From contig JANWWA010000002.1 in the NCBI GenBank assembly GCA_025056565.1, positions 179,456 through 243,455 of the forward strand: 64,000 nt of DNA, given 5' to 3'. The position numbers and the translations under genes are program-made. This document shows, one piece after another, positions 19,692 through 28,784 of this stretch. Under the pieces are notes generated by a model. It searched no databases and was not told the origin of the DNA. It was given only the letters and a program-made list of their open reading frames with translations. Source of the stretch: Chloroherpetonaceae bacterium. GTDB lineage: Bacteria; Bacteroidota; Chlorobiia; Chlorobiales; Thermochlorobacteraceae. How positions within the stretch are numbered: the first letter of the stretch is position 1; the number at the start of each line of letters is the position of its first letter.

Positions 19692-20960
19692 TCATTTATC
19701 AAGCTTTAGATGTGCTAAAATTTCGCTAAGTAAAAGCGCTTGCTGCTCACCTGTTTGCAGATTCTTGAGTTGAAATTTCCCTGACTGCAATTCGCTTTCA
19801 CCAGCGATGACGGCATATTTGGCTTGCATACGATTGGCTTCACGGAGCTGAGCTTTTAGACTGCGTCGCAAGATATCGACTTCGGTTGCAATACCTTCTT
19901 TGCGAAAAAGATAGGCAGCCCCAATTGCCCACTGACGGGCTGAGTCAGACTGGGCGACAATCATCACGGTAGGCGCAGGGGGGCGGAGCGAATCAAACAA
20001 GTGATGCTTCTCCATTGCAATCATCAGCCGCTCCATGCCTGAAGCAAAACCTACGGCAGGCACAGGGGCATCGCCGCCAAGAAGCACTGAGAGCATATCG
20101 TAGCGACCGCCGCCGCCGAGTGCATCTTGTGCACCCAAGTCTTCGCTTTGCAGTTCAAACGCAGTGCGAGAGTAGTAATCTAAGCCGCGCACTAAGCAAG
20201 GGTCAATCACAAAGGGAATGTCAAAATCAGTAAGAAAGGCTTGCACAGCTTCAAAGTGTGCACGGGATTCATCGTCAAGGTAATCTATGATGCGAGGGGC
20301 TTGACGAATGAGTTCTTGCAAGTCAGGGTTCTTAGAGTCCAAGATACGCAAAGGATTTTTCTCGAAACGCTCTTTGGAGACTTCGTCCAGTGCATTATAG
20401 TGCGGACGCAAATACTCTCGCAAAACCGAGCGATAGGTCTTGCGTGTCTCAGCATTGCCGAGGCTGTTGAGCCGCAGCGTTGTGCGGCGAATTCCTAACT
20501 CACGGTAAATCATCATCATCAGCGCAATCACTTCGGCATCTGCTTCTGGATTCGGACTGCCTAAACACTCACAGCCAAATTGCCAAAACTGACGCTGGCG
20601 ACCTGCTTGCGGACGCTCTTTGCGAAAGAGTTCAGCAATGTAGTAGACTTTAACTAAGGGCGCTTGTGAGCCAAGATGATGTTGCAAGTAAGCGCGCACT
20701 ACACTGGCGGTCATCTCAGGACGCAACGTGAGGGATTCTGAATTGGGGTCGGGTTGAAAAGAATACATTTCCTTGCCAACAATATCCGTTGTCTCACCAA
20801 TGCCACGCTGAAAAAGAGCAGTCTCTTCGAAAATCGGTGTGCGAATCTCGCGGTAGCCAAATCGCTCGAAGACGGCACGCACACGCTGTTCGACATATTG
20901 CCACTTGTAACTTTCGTCGGGCAAGATGTCTTTCGTGCCTTTGACAGACTGAAATTTCAT
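19692..20960 (-). CDS. hisS: histidine--tRNA ligase
   Basis: GTKDILPDES, FRKERPQAGRQRQFWQFGCE (class II motif 2) and GGGRYD...GFASGMERL (motif 3). Confidence 0.95.
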   Translation of the reverse strand: MKFQSVKGTKDILPDESYKWQYVEQRVRAVFERFGYREIRTPIFEETALFQRGIGETTDIVGKEMYSFQPDPNSESLTLRPEMTASVVRAYLQHHLGSQAPLVKVYYIAELFRKERPQAGRQRQFWQFGCECLGSPNPEADAEVIALMMMIYRELGIRRTTLRLNSLGNAETRKTYRSVLREYLRPHYNALDEVSKERFEKNPLRILDSKNPDLQELIRQAPRIIDYLDDESRAHFEAVQAFLTDFDIPFVIDPCLVRGLDYYSRTAFELQSEDLGAQDALGGGGRYDMLSVLLGGDAPVPAVGFASGMERLMIAMEKHHLFDSLRPPAPTVMIVAQSDSARQWAIGAAYLFRKEGIATEVDILRRSLKAQLREANRMQAKYAVIAGESELQSGKFQLKNLQTGEQQALLLSEILAHLKLDK

Positions 20961-20978
20961 ATTGCAGGTGGTATGGGC

Positions 20979-21449
20979 TTAGATTTCAGGGAAGGATTGT
21001 TCCTCGAGTTGGAACAGCTCAACTACTTCGGCAGGCGATTCGGCGCGCATGAGTTTCTCTCGCATTGCATCAGACCCCACAACGCGTGAAATACGACTGA
21101 GAAGTTTAAGGTGCTGCGTAAGCATCTGCTCTGGCGTAGCTAAAAGAAACACCAGCTTAACGGGTTCATCGTCAATGGCGGCAAATTCGACTTCTTTTTT
21201 CAGGACAGCAAAAGCCAAAAGAGGAGCACTCACCGCGCTGGTTTTAGCATGTGGTAGAGCGACATTTTTGCCAATGCCAGTGGTCATCTCCTTTTCGCGC
21301 TTTAAGACATCGCTACGCAACTTTGCTTTATCCAGAACCGCAGGGTGTGTAGACGCCAGCATGAGCATTTTTTCTATCAAATCGTTCTTCGACTTGGCTT
21401 CCAGACCAATCTGGATATACTTCTCGGAGATGATGTCAGAGAGTTTCAT
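20979..21449 (-). CDS. ptsN: PTS EIIA-Ntr-like regulatory protein
   Basis: 156 aa with an EIIA(Fru/Ntr) fold. It contains TTGIGKNVALPHAKT (phosphorylatable His) and VKLVFLLATP. Confidence 0.8.
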   Translation of the reverse strand: MKLSDIISEKYIQIGLEAKSKNDLIEKMLMLASTHPAVLDKAKLRSDVLKREKEMTTGIGKNVALPHAKTSAVSAPLLAFAVLKKEVEFAAIDDEPVKLVFLLATPEQMLTQHLKLLSRISRVVGSDAMREKLMRAESPAEVVELFQLEEQSFPEI

Positions 21450-21533
21450 TGTCCGGCGCTTATAACAACTTCGAACATCTCTGGACTCTTTGCGGAAACT
21501 GCAAAGGCTACAAATATAGCAAAAGCCGCAGAG

Positions 21534-22340
21534 CTACATTACATATTTGGCATACAAAAATACGGCTGGTGCGGCAAGGCAGAGAGAGTCGAATCGGTCG
21601 AAAAAGCCACCATGCCCAGGAATAAGGTGGGAAGAATCTTTTAGGCCACTTTCGCGCTTGAACATTGATTCTACCAAATCGCCCAAAGCACCCAGCACAC
21701 CCACAATGAGCCCAATCGCAACCCAGTGTATGGCTGAAACGGAGCTAAGCCACCAGCGACCGAGTCCGAGTGTAACCAAAAGCCCACTGAGCAGCCCTAA
21801 GAGGAATCCCTCCCATGTCTTGTTGGGGCTGTGTCGCGCAAAAAACTTTGCTTGGATAAATTTCCCGCCCGAGTGTTTCCCGCCAAAGTAAGCCGCTGTG
21901 TCAACAGCCCAGATGCCAAGAAACACTATCATCGTCAAAGACCCTAAGGGTTCACTCTGGCGCAAAAAAAGCAAGGTTGAAAGACATAGCGGGGCGTAAA
22001 GAATCGCAAGCAGTCCTGCACCGACGTTGTGAATCGGTGAGCCATGCTTGTGAAAAAGCTCCGCCGCAGCCAAAAGCACAACGGAGGCGAGAATCAAATG
22101 TTCAAGGGGGAAGAAGCGATAATGCGCATTGACAAGTAAGCCGGCACCTAAGGCATAGATCAACGGCTCAATTGGGAAAGTGTGTGTGGCTCTGAAAATC
22201 TGCATCATTTCATAGAGAATGCCCATAGCGATAATGAGCATCACAGCTAGGAACAAGAGGCCGCCCGTGTAGACACTAAAAAGAATTAACGGGCCAAAAA
22301 TCGCAGCAACGACAATGCGCTGCACCAAGTTGAGACTCAA
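21534..22340 (-). CDS. cdsA: phosphatidate cytidylyltransferase
   Basis: The C-terminal CdsA signature is SMFKRESGLKDSSHLIPGHGGFFDRFDS. The protein is polytopic. Confidence 0.92.
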   Translation of the reverse strand: MSLNLVQRIVVAAIFGPLILFSVYTGGLLFLAVMLIIAMGILYEMMQIFRATHTFPIEPLIYALGAGLLVNAHYRFFPLEHLILASVVLLAAAELFHKHGSPIHNVGAGLLAILYAPLCLSTLLFLRQSEPLGSLTMIVFLGIWAVDTAAYFGGKHSGGKFIQAKFFARHSPNKTWEGFLLGLLSGLLVTLGLGRWWLSSVSAIHWVAIGLIVGVLGALGDLVESMFKRESGLKDSSHLIPGHGGFFDRFDSLCLAAPAVFLYAKYVM

Positions 22341-22621
22341 TTTTCACTCTCCCAATTTGGCTCTTGTGCATCCAATTCAATGAGCAGACGAACTGCTTCG
22401 TCGTAGTGTTCAGCTCTGACCAAAACATAGACTGGCTCTGCCACGCTAATGCTATGTAGCATACCATCTCGCTTGGAATAAAGATAGGCATCAATATTGG
22501 AACTGGCTAAATATGCACGTAAAAGCTCGGCTTCAATTGGCGAAGTAAGCTGTGCAAGGGTTCGCCAAGCCTGAGGTATGTCGCTGTCAGAAAAGCACTT
22601 CATTGCCTCATAGCAAATCAA
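22337..22621 (-). CDS. DUF2007-like small protein (putative signal-transducing fold)
   Basis: 94 aa. The pattern EAELLRAYLASSNIDAYL...VYVLVRAEHYDEAVRLL is typical of DUF2007. It overlaps the cdsA start by 4 nt. Confidence 0.55.
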   Translation of the reverse strand: MICYEAMKCFSDSDIPQAWRTLAQLTSPIEAELLRAYLASSNIDAYLYSKRDGMLHSISVAEPVYVLVRAEHYDEAVRLLIELDAQEPNWESEN

Positions 22622-22661
22622 AGTTATAGCGCCGAGATACGAACTTCTGCAAGCACGCTTT

Positions 22662-23663
22662 CTACGGTGAAGATGCCGCTACAGAACGGCGATACAGCCA
22701 CAGCAGGCCTGCTGTAACCAGAAGGGAAATCAGCATTGCGCCAATCGCTTCAGGTGAAGCAATATCTGGTTCATCAGACTGCAAGCGTTTGGCTAGTTCA
22801 TCGCTAATCCCAAGCTGCTCTTTATGCCGAATCGCTATCAAACCCAGCACGGAGAAGAAGTTGTTTGCAAAATGTGCCACGATTGGGACAAGCAGCGAGC
22901 CAGATGATGCGCGAAGATAAGACAAATACACGCCTAAGAGAATGAGGGGAATAACTTGTGCAGGATTGAGGTGATACAAGCCGAACAGTACGCCAACGAC
23001 CACCACAGCACGGCGAGAGGGCATAGCCCTCTGGAAATTGCGCTGCACATAACCCCGAAAGAGCAATTCCTCACAAATCGCAGGCGTCAGCACTACTACG
23101 CCGACTACGGCAATGAACTCAAGGGGGGTGCGCACAAGTGTCAGGCGTTCTAAAAGCGCTTTATACTGTGCATAAAGTGGGCGAATGGCGTCGCCCCAAC
23201 CCAAAACATCATTCATAATCACCAGCTGCAAGTCACCAACATAGCTTAGAAACGGCGACATTGCCATAATTGCTAGTGAGCTATAAAGCAGAGTGTGGAT
23301 AGATGGTGTGGCGCGCCATGCCAGAAACTCCATACTAATAGCTGAGAAGGGCTTGCGACCAGTGTGCAGTGAAACCAGTATCAAGGTGGGAATGGCAAGA
23401 AAGACAATCTGCGATAAGACTTGTGCGGCACGCATGGCGCCTTCATGACCTGTGGGGGCAGTGAGTGATTCCACACCTGCTAAGGCAATCGTGAAAATAG
23501 CGCCGCCTATCTGGTAGAGAAAAAGCAAGACAAACAGCGCTGCAAGGGATACTAGCACAGGCGAGAATTGCTCACGCTCAAAATATCCAGCGTAGGGCAG
23601 AAAGACAGGTGAAGATGGTGGCTTTTCTGACTCTTTTGACTCTGATGGCGGTGGTGCTTCCAT
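22662..23663 (-). CDS. CPBP family intramembrane glutamic endopeptidase (CAAX protease-like)
   Basis: Motifs are EELLFRGYV, FGLYH and VAHFANN, on a polytopic protein. I preferred the ATG at 23663; the longest ORF starts at a TTG at 23681. Confidence 0.85.
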   Translation of the reverse strand: MEAPPPSESKESEKPPSSPVFLPYAGYFEREQFSPVLVSLAALFVLLFLYQIGGAIFTIALAGVESLTAPTGHEGAMRAAQVLSQIVFLAIPTLILVSLHTGRKPFSAISMEFLAWRATPSIHTLLYSSLAIMAMSPFLSYVGDLQLVIMNDVLGWGDAIRPLYAQYKALLERLTLVRTPLEFIAVVGVVVLTPAICEELLFRGYVQRNFQRAMPSRRAVVVVGVLFGLYHLNPAQVIPLILLGVYLSYLRASSGSLLVPIVAHFANNFFSVLGLIAIRHKEQLGISDELAKRLQSDEPDIASPEAIGAMLISLLVTAGLLWLYRRSVAASSP

Positions 23664-23862
23664 TGACACAAATGCGTTCAATTCAAAATGCTTGGCTCAA
23701 AATTCAAAAGGAAAACCGATTTTCCCAAACTAAGCAGGGTGGCATTGGCTCAGTCTCTTTTTTTGCATTTAAGGAAAAAGTATGCCTAAATTCTGCGCCA
23801 CGCAAGCGCCTCGCACCTTGCGTTAGGGAACAAAAACTGTAACAATTGAACCAAACAAAGCA

Positions 23863-25506
23863 ATGCAGCGACGCGATTTTCTAAAACTGGCTGGCTTAGG
23901 TCTGGGTGCAGCGCTAATGCCTTTGCCAGCTTTCTCGGTGCCAATTAGCGAAAGTCAAGCCCGCACACCACTCTTGGACTTTGCAGATAAAAAGGCCTTA
24001 GCTGATGTGGCTCTAAACACGGCAAAGTCACTGGGAGCAACTTATTGCGATGTGCGGATTGGTCGCTATCTCAATCAAGCCATTTTGACGCGTGAGAACC
24101 GCGTGCAGGGTATTGTCAATACACAGTCTTTTGGCGTTGGCGTGCGGCTGATACTCAATGGCACGTGGGGGTTTGCTTCTACGAATAATGTAACGCCCGA
24201 CGGCATTCGGCGCGTAACGCAGCAAGCAGCGGCTATCGCCAAAGCTAATTCGCGCTTGCAAAAAGAACCCGTCAAACTAGCGCCACAAGCTGGGCAGGGA
24301 GAGCGAACTTGGAGGACGCCTATCAAGAAAAATGCCTTCGAAGTGCCAATTGCCGACAAGGTGAATTTCCTCTTAGCAGTCAATGCCGAAGCAATGAATC
24401 TCGGCATTCGCTTTGTAAACTCGCAGCTCTTTATGGTAAATGAGCAAAAATTCTTTGCCTCCACCGATGGCTCATACATTGACCAAGATGTGCATCGCAT
24501 CTATCCAACCTTTACCGTGACGGCAGTTGACATCATCAATCGAAAGTTTCAGACAAGAAATGCGCTGTCAATGCCATGCGGAATGGGGTATGAGTACCTC
24601 GAGGGAGATGCATCAGAAAAACAAACGGCGGCAGGCGGTGTAACAACGCTCTACAAGAAGCGATACGATATGATTGAGGACATTCGTCAAGCGGCTAAGC
24701 AAGTGCAAGAAAAGCTCTCCGCCAAGTCCGTCGAGGCAGGCAAATATGACTTGGTCTTAGACCCCTCGCATCTTTGGCTCACGATTCACGAGTCTGTAGG
24801 GCATCCACTGGAGCTGGACCGCGTGCTCGGCTATGAAGCTAACTATGCAGGCACCAGCTTTGCTACGCTCGATAAGTGGCGTTCCAAATCGTTCAAATAC
24901 GGTTCGCCAATTGTCAATTTCTTTGCAGATAAAACGCAAGAAGGCTCACTGGGCTATGTGGGCTGGGACGATGAAGGTGTGCCAACCAAGCGCTGGGATT
25001 TGGTCAAAGATGGTATTCTGGTCAACTATCAAGCCATTCGCGACCAAGTGCATATCATTGACCAGCAAGAATCGCATGGCTGCTGCTATGCCCAAAGCTG
25101 GGCAGATGTGCAGTTCCAGCGTATGCCAAATGTGTCGCTAGCACCCGGCAAAACGCCCCTAACGCCCGAAGAGATTATCAAGGATGTAGAAAAAGGTATC
25201 TATATCATTGGCGATGGCTCTTTCTCAATCGACCAGCAGCGATACAACTTCCAGTTTGGCGGTCAGCTTTTCTATGAAATTCGAAATGGCAAAATTGTAG
25301 GAATGTTGCGTGATGTGGCTTATCAAGCAAACACGCAAGAGTTTTGGAATTCTTGCGTTGCGATTTGCGATGAGCGAGATTTTCGCTTAGGAGGGGCATT
25401 CAACGATGGTAAGGGTCAGCCGCCACAAAGCAATGCAGTCTCGCATGGCAGTGCTACAGCACTCTTTAAGAACGTCAATGTGATTAACACTGCACGCAAT
25501 ATCTAA
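23863..25506 (+). CDS. TldD/PmbA family metalloprotease, Tat-exported
   Basis: The twin-arginine signal is MQRRDFLKLAGLGLGAALMPLPAFS. The TldD-type metal site is HESVGHPLELDR, with GGQLFYEIRNGK near the C-terminus. Confidence 0.85.
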   Translation: MQRRDFLKLAGLGLGAALMPLPAFSVPISESQARTPLLDFADKKALADVALNTAKSLGATYCDVRIGRYLNQAILTRENRVQGIVNTQSFGVGVRLILNGTWGFASTNNVTPDGIRRVTQQAAAIAKANSRLQKEPVKLAPQAGQGERTWRTPIKKNAFEVPIADKVNFLLAVNAEAMNLGIRFVNSQLFMVNEQKFFASTDGSYIDQDVHRIYPTFTVTAVDIINRKFQTRNALSMPCGMGYEYLEGDASEKQTAAGGVTTLYKKRYDMIEDIRQAAKQVQEKLSAKSVEAGKYDLVLDPSHLWLTIHESVGHPLELDRVLGYEANYAGTSFATLDKWRSKSFKYGSPIVNFFADKTQEGSLGYVGWDDEGVPTKRWDLVKDGILVNYQAIRDQVHIIDQQESHGCCYAQSWADVQFQRMPNVSLAPGKTPLTPEEIIKDVEKGIYIIGDGSFSIDQQRYNFQFGGQLFYEIRNGKIVGMLRDVAYQANTQEFWNSCVAICDERDFRLGGAFNDGKGQPPQSNAVSHGSATALFKNVNVINTARNI

Positions 25507-25578
25507 GTTGCGGTCAGTCTCCCCCACGATGGCTCTGCGAACGGCTTAGTAAGGGACGGTGGCGTATCTCTATGCGCA

Positions 25579-26067
25579 TCAGTATACCGTTTGCACAGTT
25601 TGTTCAGGCGTTCTGATAAGGTAAGTGCGGTTGCGGTAAAAAAGACGTGCTGCAACAAATACCACTGCGTCAGATGGTAGCTCGTCAATAGAAGGCGTGT
25701 GTGTCAAGCGAAGTTGCAGCACGGAGGGAGAAGGGCGAACCGCTTGTGGTTCGGTGCGGCACGACCAGACTTTTTCTCCGTGCACAACCCAGACTCGCTT
25801 TACACTAAGACGTGGAAAGCGTGATTGTGAGCTAGAAAGCGTAATCTGTCCGAGCAAGGACTTGCGGTAGGTGTTGCCGACGCTTGGCATGTTGTCATAC
25901 CAAAGGTCAGCTGTCAGGGTTAGCGAGTGCTTCGAAAGTTTGATAGAAGTGGGTGCGCTCCGCAAGCGGCTGGCGCTGAGCTCAGCAGACTGCGCTACGC
26001 CTCGCTCTGTTGCAAAGAAAAGCGTAGCGTAACCAAGCAGAAGCAAAGAGAAGGTAGCAAGGTGCAT
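25579..26067 (-). CDS. hypothetical secreted protein, last gene of the partner-switching operon
   Basis: 162 aa with an N-terminal signal-like segment (MHLATFSLLLLGYATLFFA). It begins 19 nt downstream of the phosphatase gene on the same strand. No family recognised. Confidence 0.5.
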   Translation of the reverse strand: MHLATFSLLLLGYATLFFATERGVAQSAELSASRLRSAPTSIKLSKHSLTLTADLWYDNMPSVGNTYRKSLLGQITLSSSQSRFPRLSVKRVWVVHGEKVWSCRTEPQAVRPSPSVLQLRLTHTPSIDELPSDAVVFVAARLFYRNRTYLIRTPEQTVQTVY

Positions 26068-26086
26068 AGCGTTGAATGTAGAGTGG

Positions 26087-27835
26087 TTATTTGGCTTTCA
26101 GACAAACTGCTGTGATGTCATCGTATTGCTCCCCTTCGGGTTGAAAATGCTGAACCGCCTCGACAACTGCATGGAGCGTCTCTTGAGCACTGTCGGAGCG
26201 ATGTGCAATAAGCAAGGCTTCCAACCGTGTCTCTTCGAAAGGTTCACGCTGCGCATTCATTGCTTCCGTGATGCCATCGGTGTAAAGGAAAAGTGTATCG
26301 CCCGATTGCAAAATCACTCGCTCTATCTGGTAGGGGGACAGCGTAGGAATCACACCTAAAATGACCCCACCTTTTCTAAGTGCAATAAGACTGCCATCAG
26401 CGCGCACCAGATAGGGCGGATTGTGTCCAGCATTCACCGACTCGAGCACACCCGTGCGGCAGTTCAAAATGCCGCAGAAAAATGTAACGAACTTATCCTC
26501 TGGCGTATTCTCATACATAATCGTGTTGATTTTGCCTACAAACCTCGAGAGGTCAAAGGTAGCGGGCTGATATGAGAGAAGATAAGCTTTGATAGACGCT
26601 TGAAGATTAGCCATAAGCAAAGCTGCCGGCATGCCTTTGCCCGTTACATCAGCGATAGCAATGAACAAATGCTCATCGTCCAGCATCATGGCATCGTAGT
26701 AGTCGCCACCGACTTGAAAAGTGGGCAAGTTGATGGCTGCAATGTCGTAGCCACCGATAACGGGGAGGTATCGTGGCAAAAGTGCGGACTGAATTTCACG
26801 TGCAACTTGAAGCTCTTTTTCGATAGCTTGCTTCTTGAGCGTCTCTTCAAATAGGCGACGCTGCTCGAGGGCATTTGCGGCTTGGGCAGCCGCCAGCGCC
26901 ATAAAATCAATATCCGATTCAGAGAAGGGGGTTTCACTATATCGGGCGCTAGTCAGCAAAAGCCCAATCGGCTGTTCGTTAACACGCATCGGAATTGCAA
27001 GCCGCACGTCGGCTGCATAAAGCTCTGGATAGGTTTGCGCAGTGAGCTTAACAGGTTGTAGGGAGGCAAAGAGCTGTTGCAGCTCTTGTGGTGAGGCTGG
27101 AGCCGTCTCAAAGCCTTGACAGGCTTCGGCGACGAGCGACTCACCTTGCCAAAGATAAGCGGCGCAGCTTTTAATGAACATCTGCCCTGAAATGGAACGC
27201 AGCATCAGGCGCAGAATCTCAGTGCGACTCATGGCCACATTGTATTCTTTGGCAAGTTCCAAGAGCGTGCGCAGCTTTTGCACCGATTGATCGAGCATAC
27301 GGCTTTGTTGGCGCAGCTCTGCAAATGTGTATGCATTCTCTATTGCGGTGGCAGCAAGCGATGCAAGCGATTCAATAAACTTGTGCTCTGCATCAGAAAA
27401 GGGGGCTTTGCTGGGCTTTTCACCAAGTCCCAAGTAGCCAATTTCTCGCTTCGGCGAGATGATAGGGAAAAGTGTAAGGTGAAACTGCTTAGCAAATTCA
27501 TCTAAGTCAAAAAAATCTTTGGGCAGGTCTCTAAGTCCCCGTGCAAGCGCTACACGATAGACTTTCTCCAAATTGTCTTGATACGATTCTGTAATCACGC
27601 ATGCGCGTGTGAGCAGGAACTTTCCCATCACCGTGCGGATAATGTGCGAGAGGATAAACTCCAATTCATCGGACGCGTTCAGGATTTTGCTGGTCTCGAG
27701 CAATGAATTCAAATCAAGTTGCGAAACTGTTGTGCTGCTTGTCGGCAAAGTCTCCGCAGATGATAATGAATGGGCTTCAGGCATCGTGAGAAAAATTTGG
27801 TTGGCAGGAAGATACGCTGAAGTCGCTAAACGCAC
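26087..27835 (-). CDS. cytoplasmic GAF-GAF-PP2C (SpoIIE/RsbU-type) serine phosphatase
   Basis: 582 aa. Two GAF-like regions are followed by the SpoIIE domain: GGDYYD, IAIADVTGKGMPAALLMA, NAGHNPPYLV and GDTLFLYTDGITEA. Confidence 0.88.
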   Translation of the reverse strand: MRLATSAYLPANQIFLTMPEAHSLSSAETLPTSSTTVSQLDLNSLLETSKILNASDELEFILSHIIRTVMGKFLLTRACVITESYQDNLEKVYRVALARGLRDLPKDFFDLDEFAKQFHLTLFPIISPKREIGYLGLGEKPSKAPFSDAEHKFIESLASLAATAIENAYTFAELRQQSRMLDQSVQKLRTLLELAKEYNVAMSRTEILRLMLRSISGQMFIKSCAAYLWQGESLVAEACQGFETAPASPQELQQLFASLQPVKLTAQTYPELYAADVRLAIPMRVNEQPIGLLLTSARYSETPFSESDIDFMALAAAQAANALEQRRLFEETLKKQAIEKELQVAREIQSALLPRYLPVIGGYDIAAINLPTFQVGGDYYDAMMLDDEHLFIAIADVTGKGMPAALLMANLQASIKAYLLSYQPATFDLSRFVGKINTIMYENTPEDKFVTFFCGILNCRTGVLESVNAGHNPPYLVRADGSLIALRKGGVILGVIPTLSPYQIERVILQSGDTLFLYTDGITEAMNAQREPFEETRLEALLIAHRSDSAQETLHAVVEAVQHFQPEGEQYDDITAVCLKAK

Positions 27836-27842
27836 AGAGCAG

Positions 27843-28289
27843 CTACTCTGAGGAATTGGGCAAGCGTTTGGTCAGGCGTAGGCGGTTGTGAGAGCCGTCG
27901 GCAATGTAATCAATTTCATCAACCAGTAGGCGGATAAGTTTAATGCCTAATCCACCGCGCTGGCGTTCTTTGAAGTATTGCTGTGTGTCTGGAATAATGT
28001 GTGTGCGTAGGTCATAGCTTTTGCCATCATCATCAATGACAACAGCGAAAGCTCTACCATTCGTTTCGATTGAGATATTGATAAAGTGAAACGGCTCACC
28101 ATTATAGCCATGGCGAATCACATTAGCACAGGCTTCATCAGTGGCAAGCACGATTTTCTCTGCGTCGGCGGCAGAAAACCCAAACTGTAGAGCAGCCTCT
28201 CGCACAAAGGCTCGGACGCGCCCAAGTTCATCTGTTCGGCTCAATATGGTTAGCGCGTAGTAAGGATTGTAACCATAAGTGTTGGCCAT
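27843..28289 (-). CDS. anti-sigma-factor-type serine protein kinase (RsbW/SpoIIAB-like, HATPase_c)
   Basis: 148 aa. The N-box is DEACANVIRHGY, G1 is VIDDDGKSYD and G2 is GGLGIKLIRLLVDEI. Confidence 0.88.
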   Translation of the reverse strand: MANTYGYNPYYALTILSRTDELGRVRAFVREAALQFGFSAADAEKIVLATDEACANVIRHGYNGEPFHFINISIETNGRAFAVVIDDDGKSYDLRTHIIPDTQQYFKERQRGGLGIKLIRLLVDEIDYIADGSHNRLRLTKRLPNSSE

Positions 28290-28307
28290 CGTTGCAACTG
28301 CTCCGAA

Positions 28308-28667
28308 TTAGGTCGTCGCCGATGTTTTGAATTTCTCAATAGCCTCTCTCTCGTCTTTATAGATTTCATAAAGCATCGGAAAGCCCAGCAGGTCAAAAAT
28401 CTGGTAAATTTTCTCGGGCATATTGGAGAACTTTATGTCGCCGCCGTTGGCGCGGACATCATCAATGAACGCCATAAACACGCCAAGCCCCGCGCTGGAG
28501 ATATAGTTCAGGTTAGAGAAGTTGATGATGAGGTTGAAATGCTTTTTCTGGATGAGGTCTTGAATGGTGCGCTCAAGCTGAACCGAAGTGTGGGCATCTA
28601 AGTCGCCAGAAAGGTCAATGACCGTAACTGCCCCAACTGTTCGCACGGTGCTTGTGAATGTAGCCAT
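28308..28667 (-). CDS. STAS-domain anti-sigma-factor antagonist (RsbV/SpoIIAA-like)
   Basis: 119 aa. VIDLSGDLD...LIINFSNLNYISSAGLGVF contains the conserved phosphorylatable Ser context. Confidence 0.9.
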   Translation of the reverse strand: MATFTSTVRTVGAVTVIDLSGDLDAHTSVQLERTIQDLIQKKHFNLIINFSNLNYISSAGLGVFMAFIDDVRANGGDIKFSNMPEKIYQIFDLLGFPMLYEIYKDEREAIEKFKTSATT

Positions 28668-28784
28668 AACTATGGTAGAAAGTTCATTGCATAGATTGCT
28701 GTGAAAGGCTGTTTGGAAATGCCACGCAAAGATAAGTGTGCTCGAGCAACTTTTTTACATCATAGACTTGTAAAAGGTTGCGTG

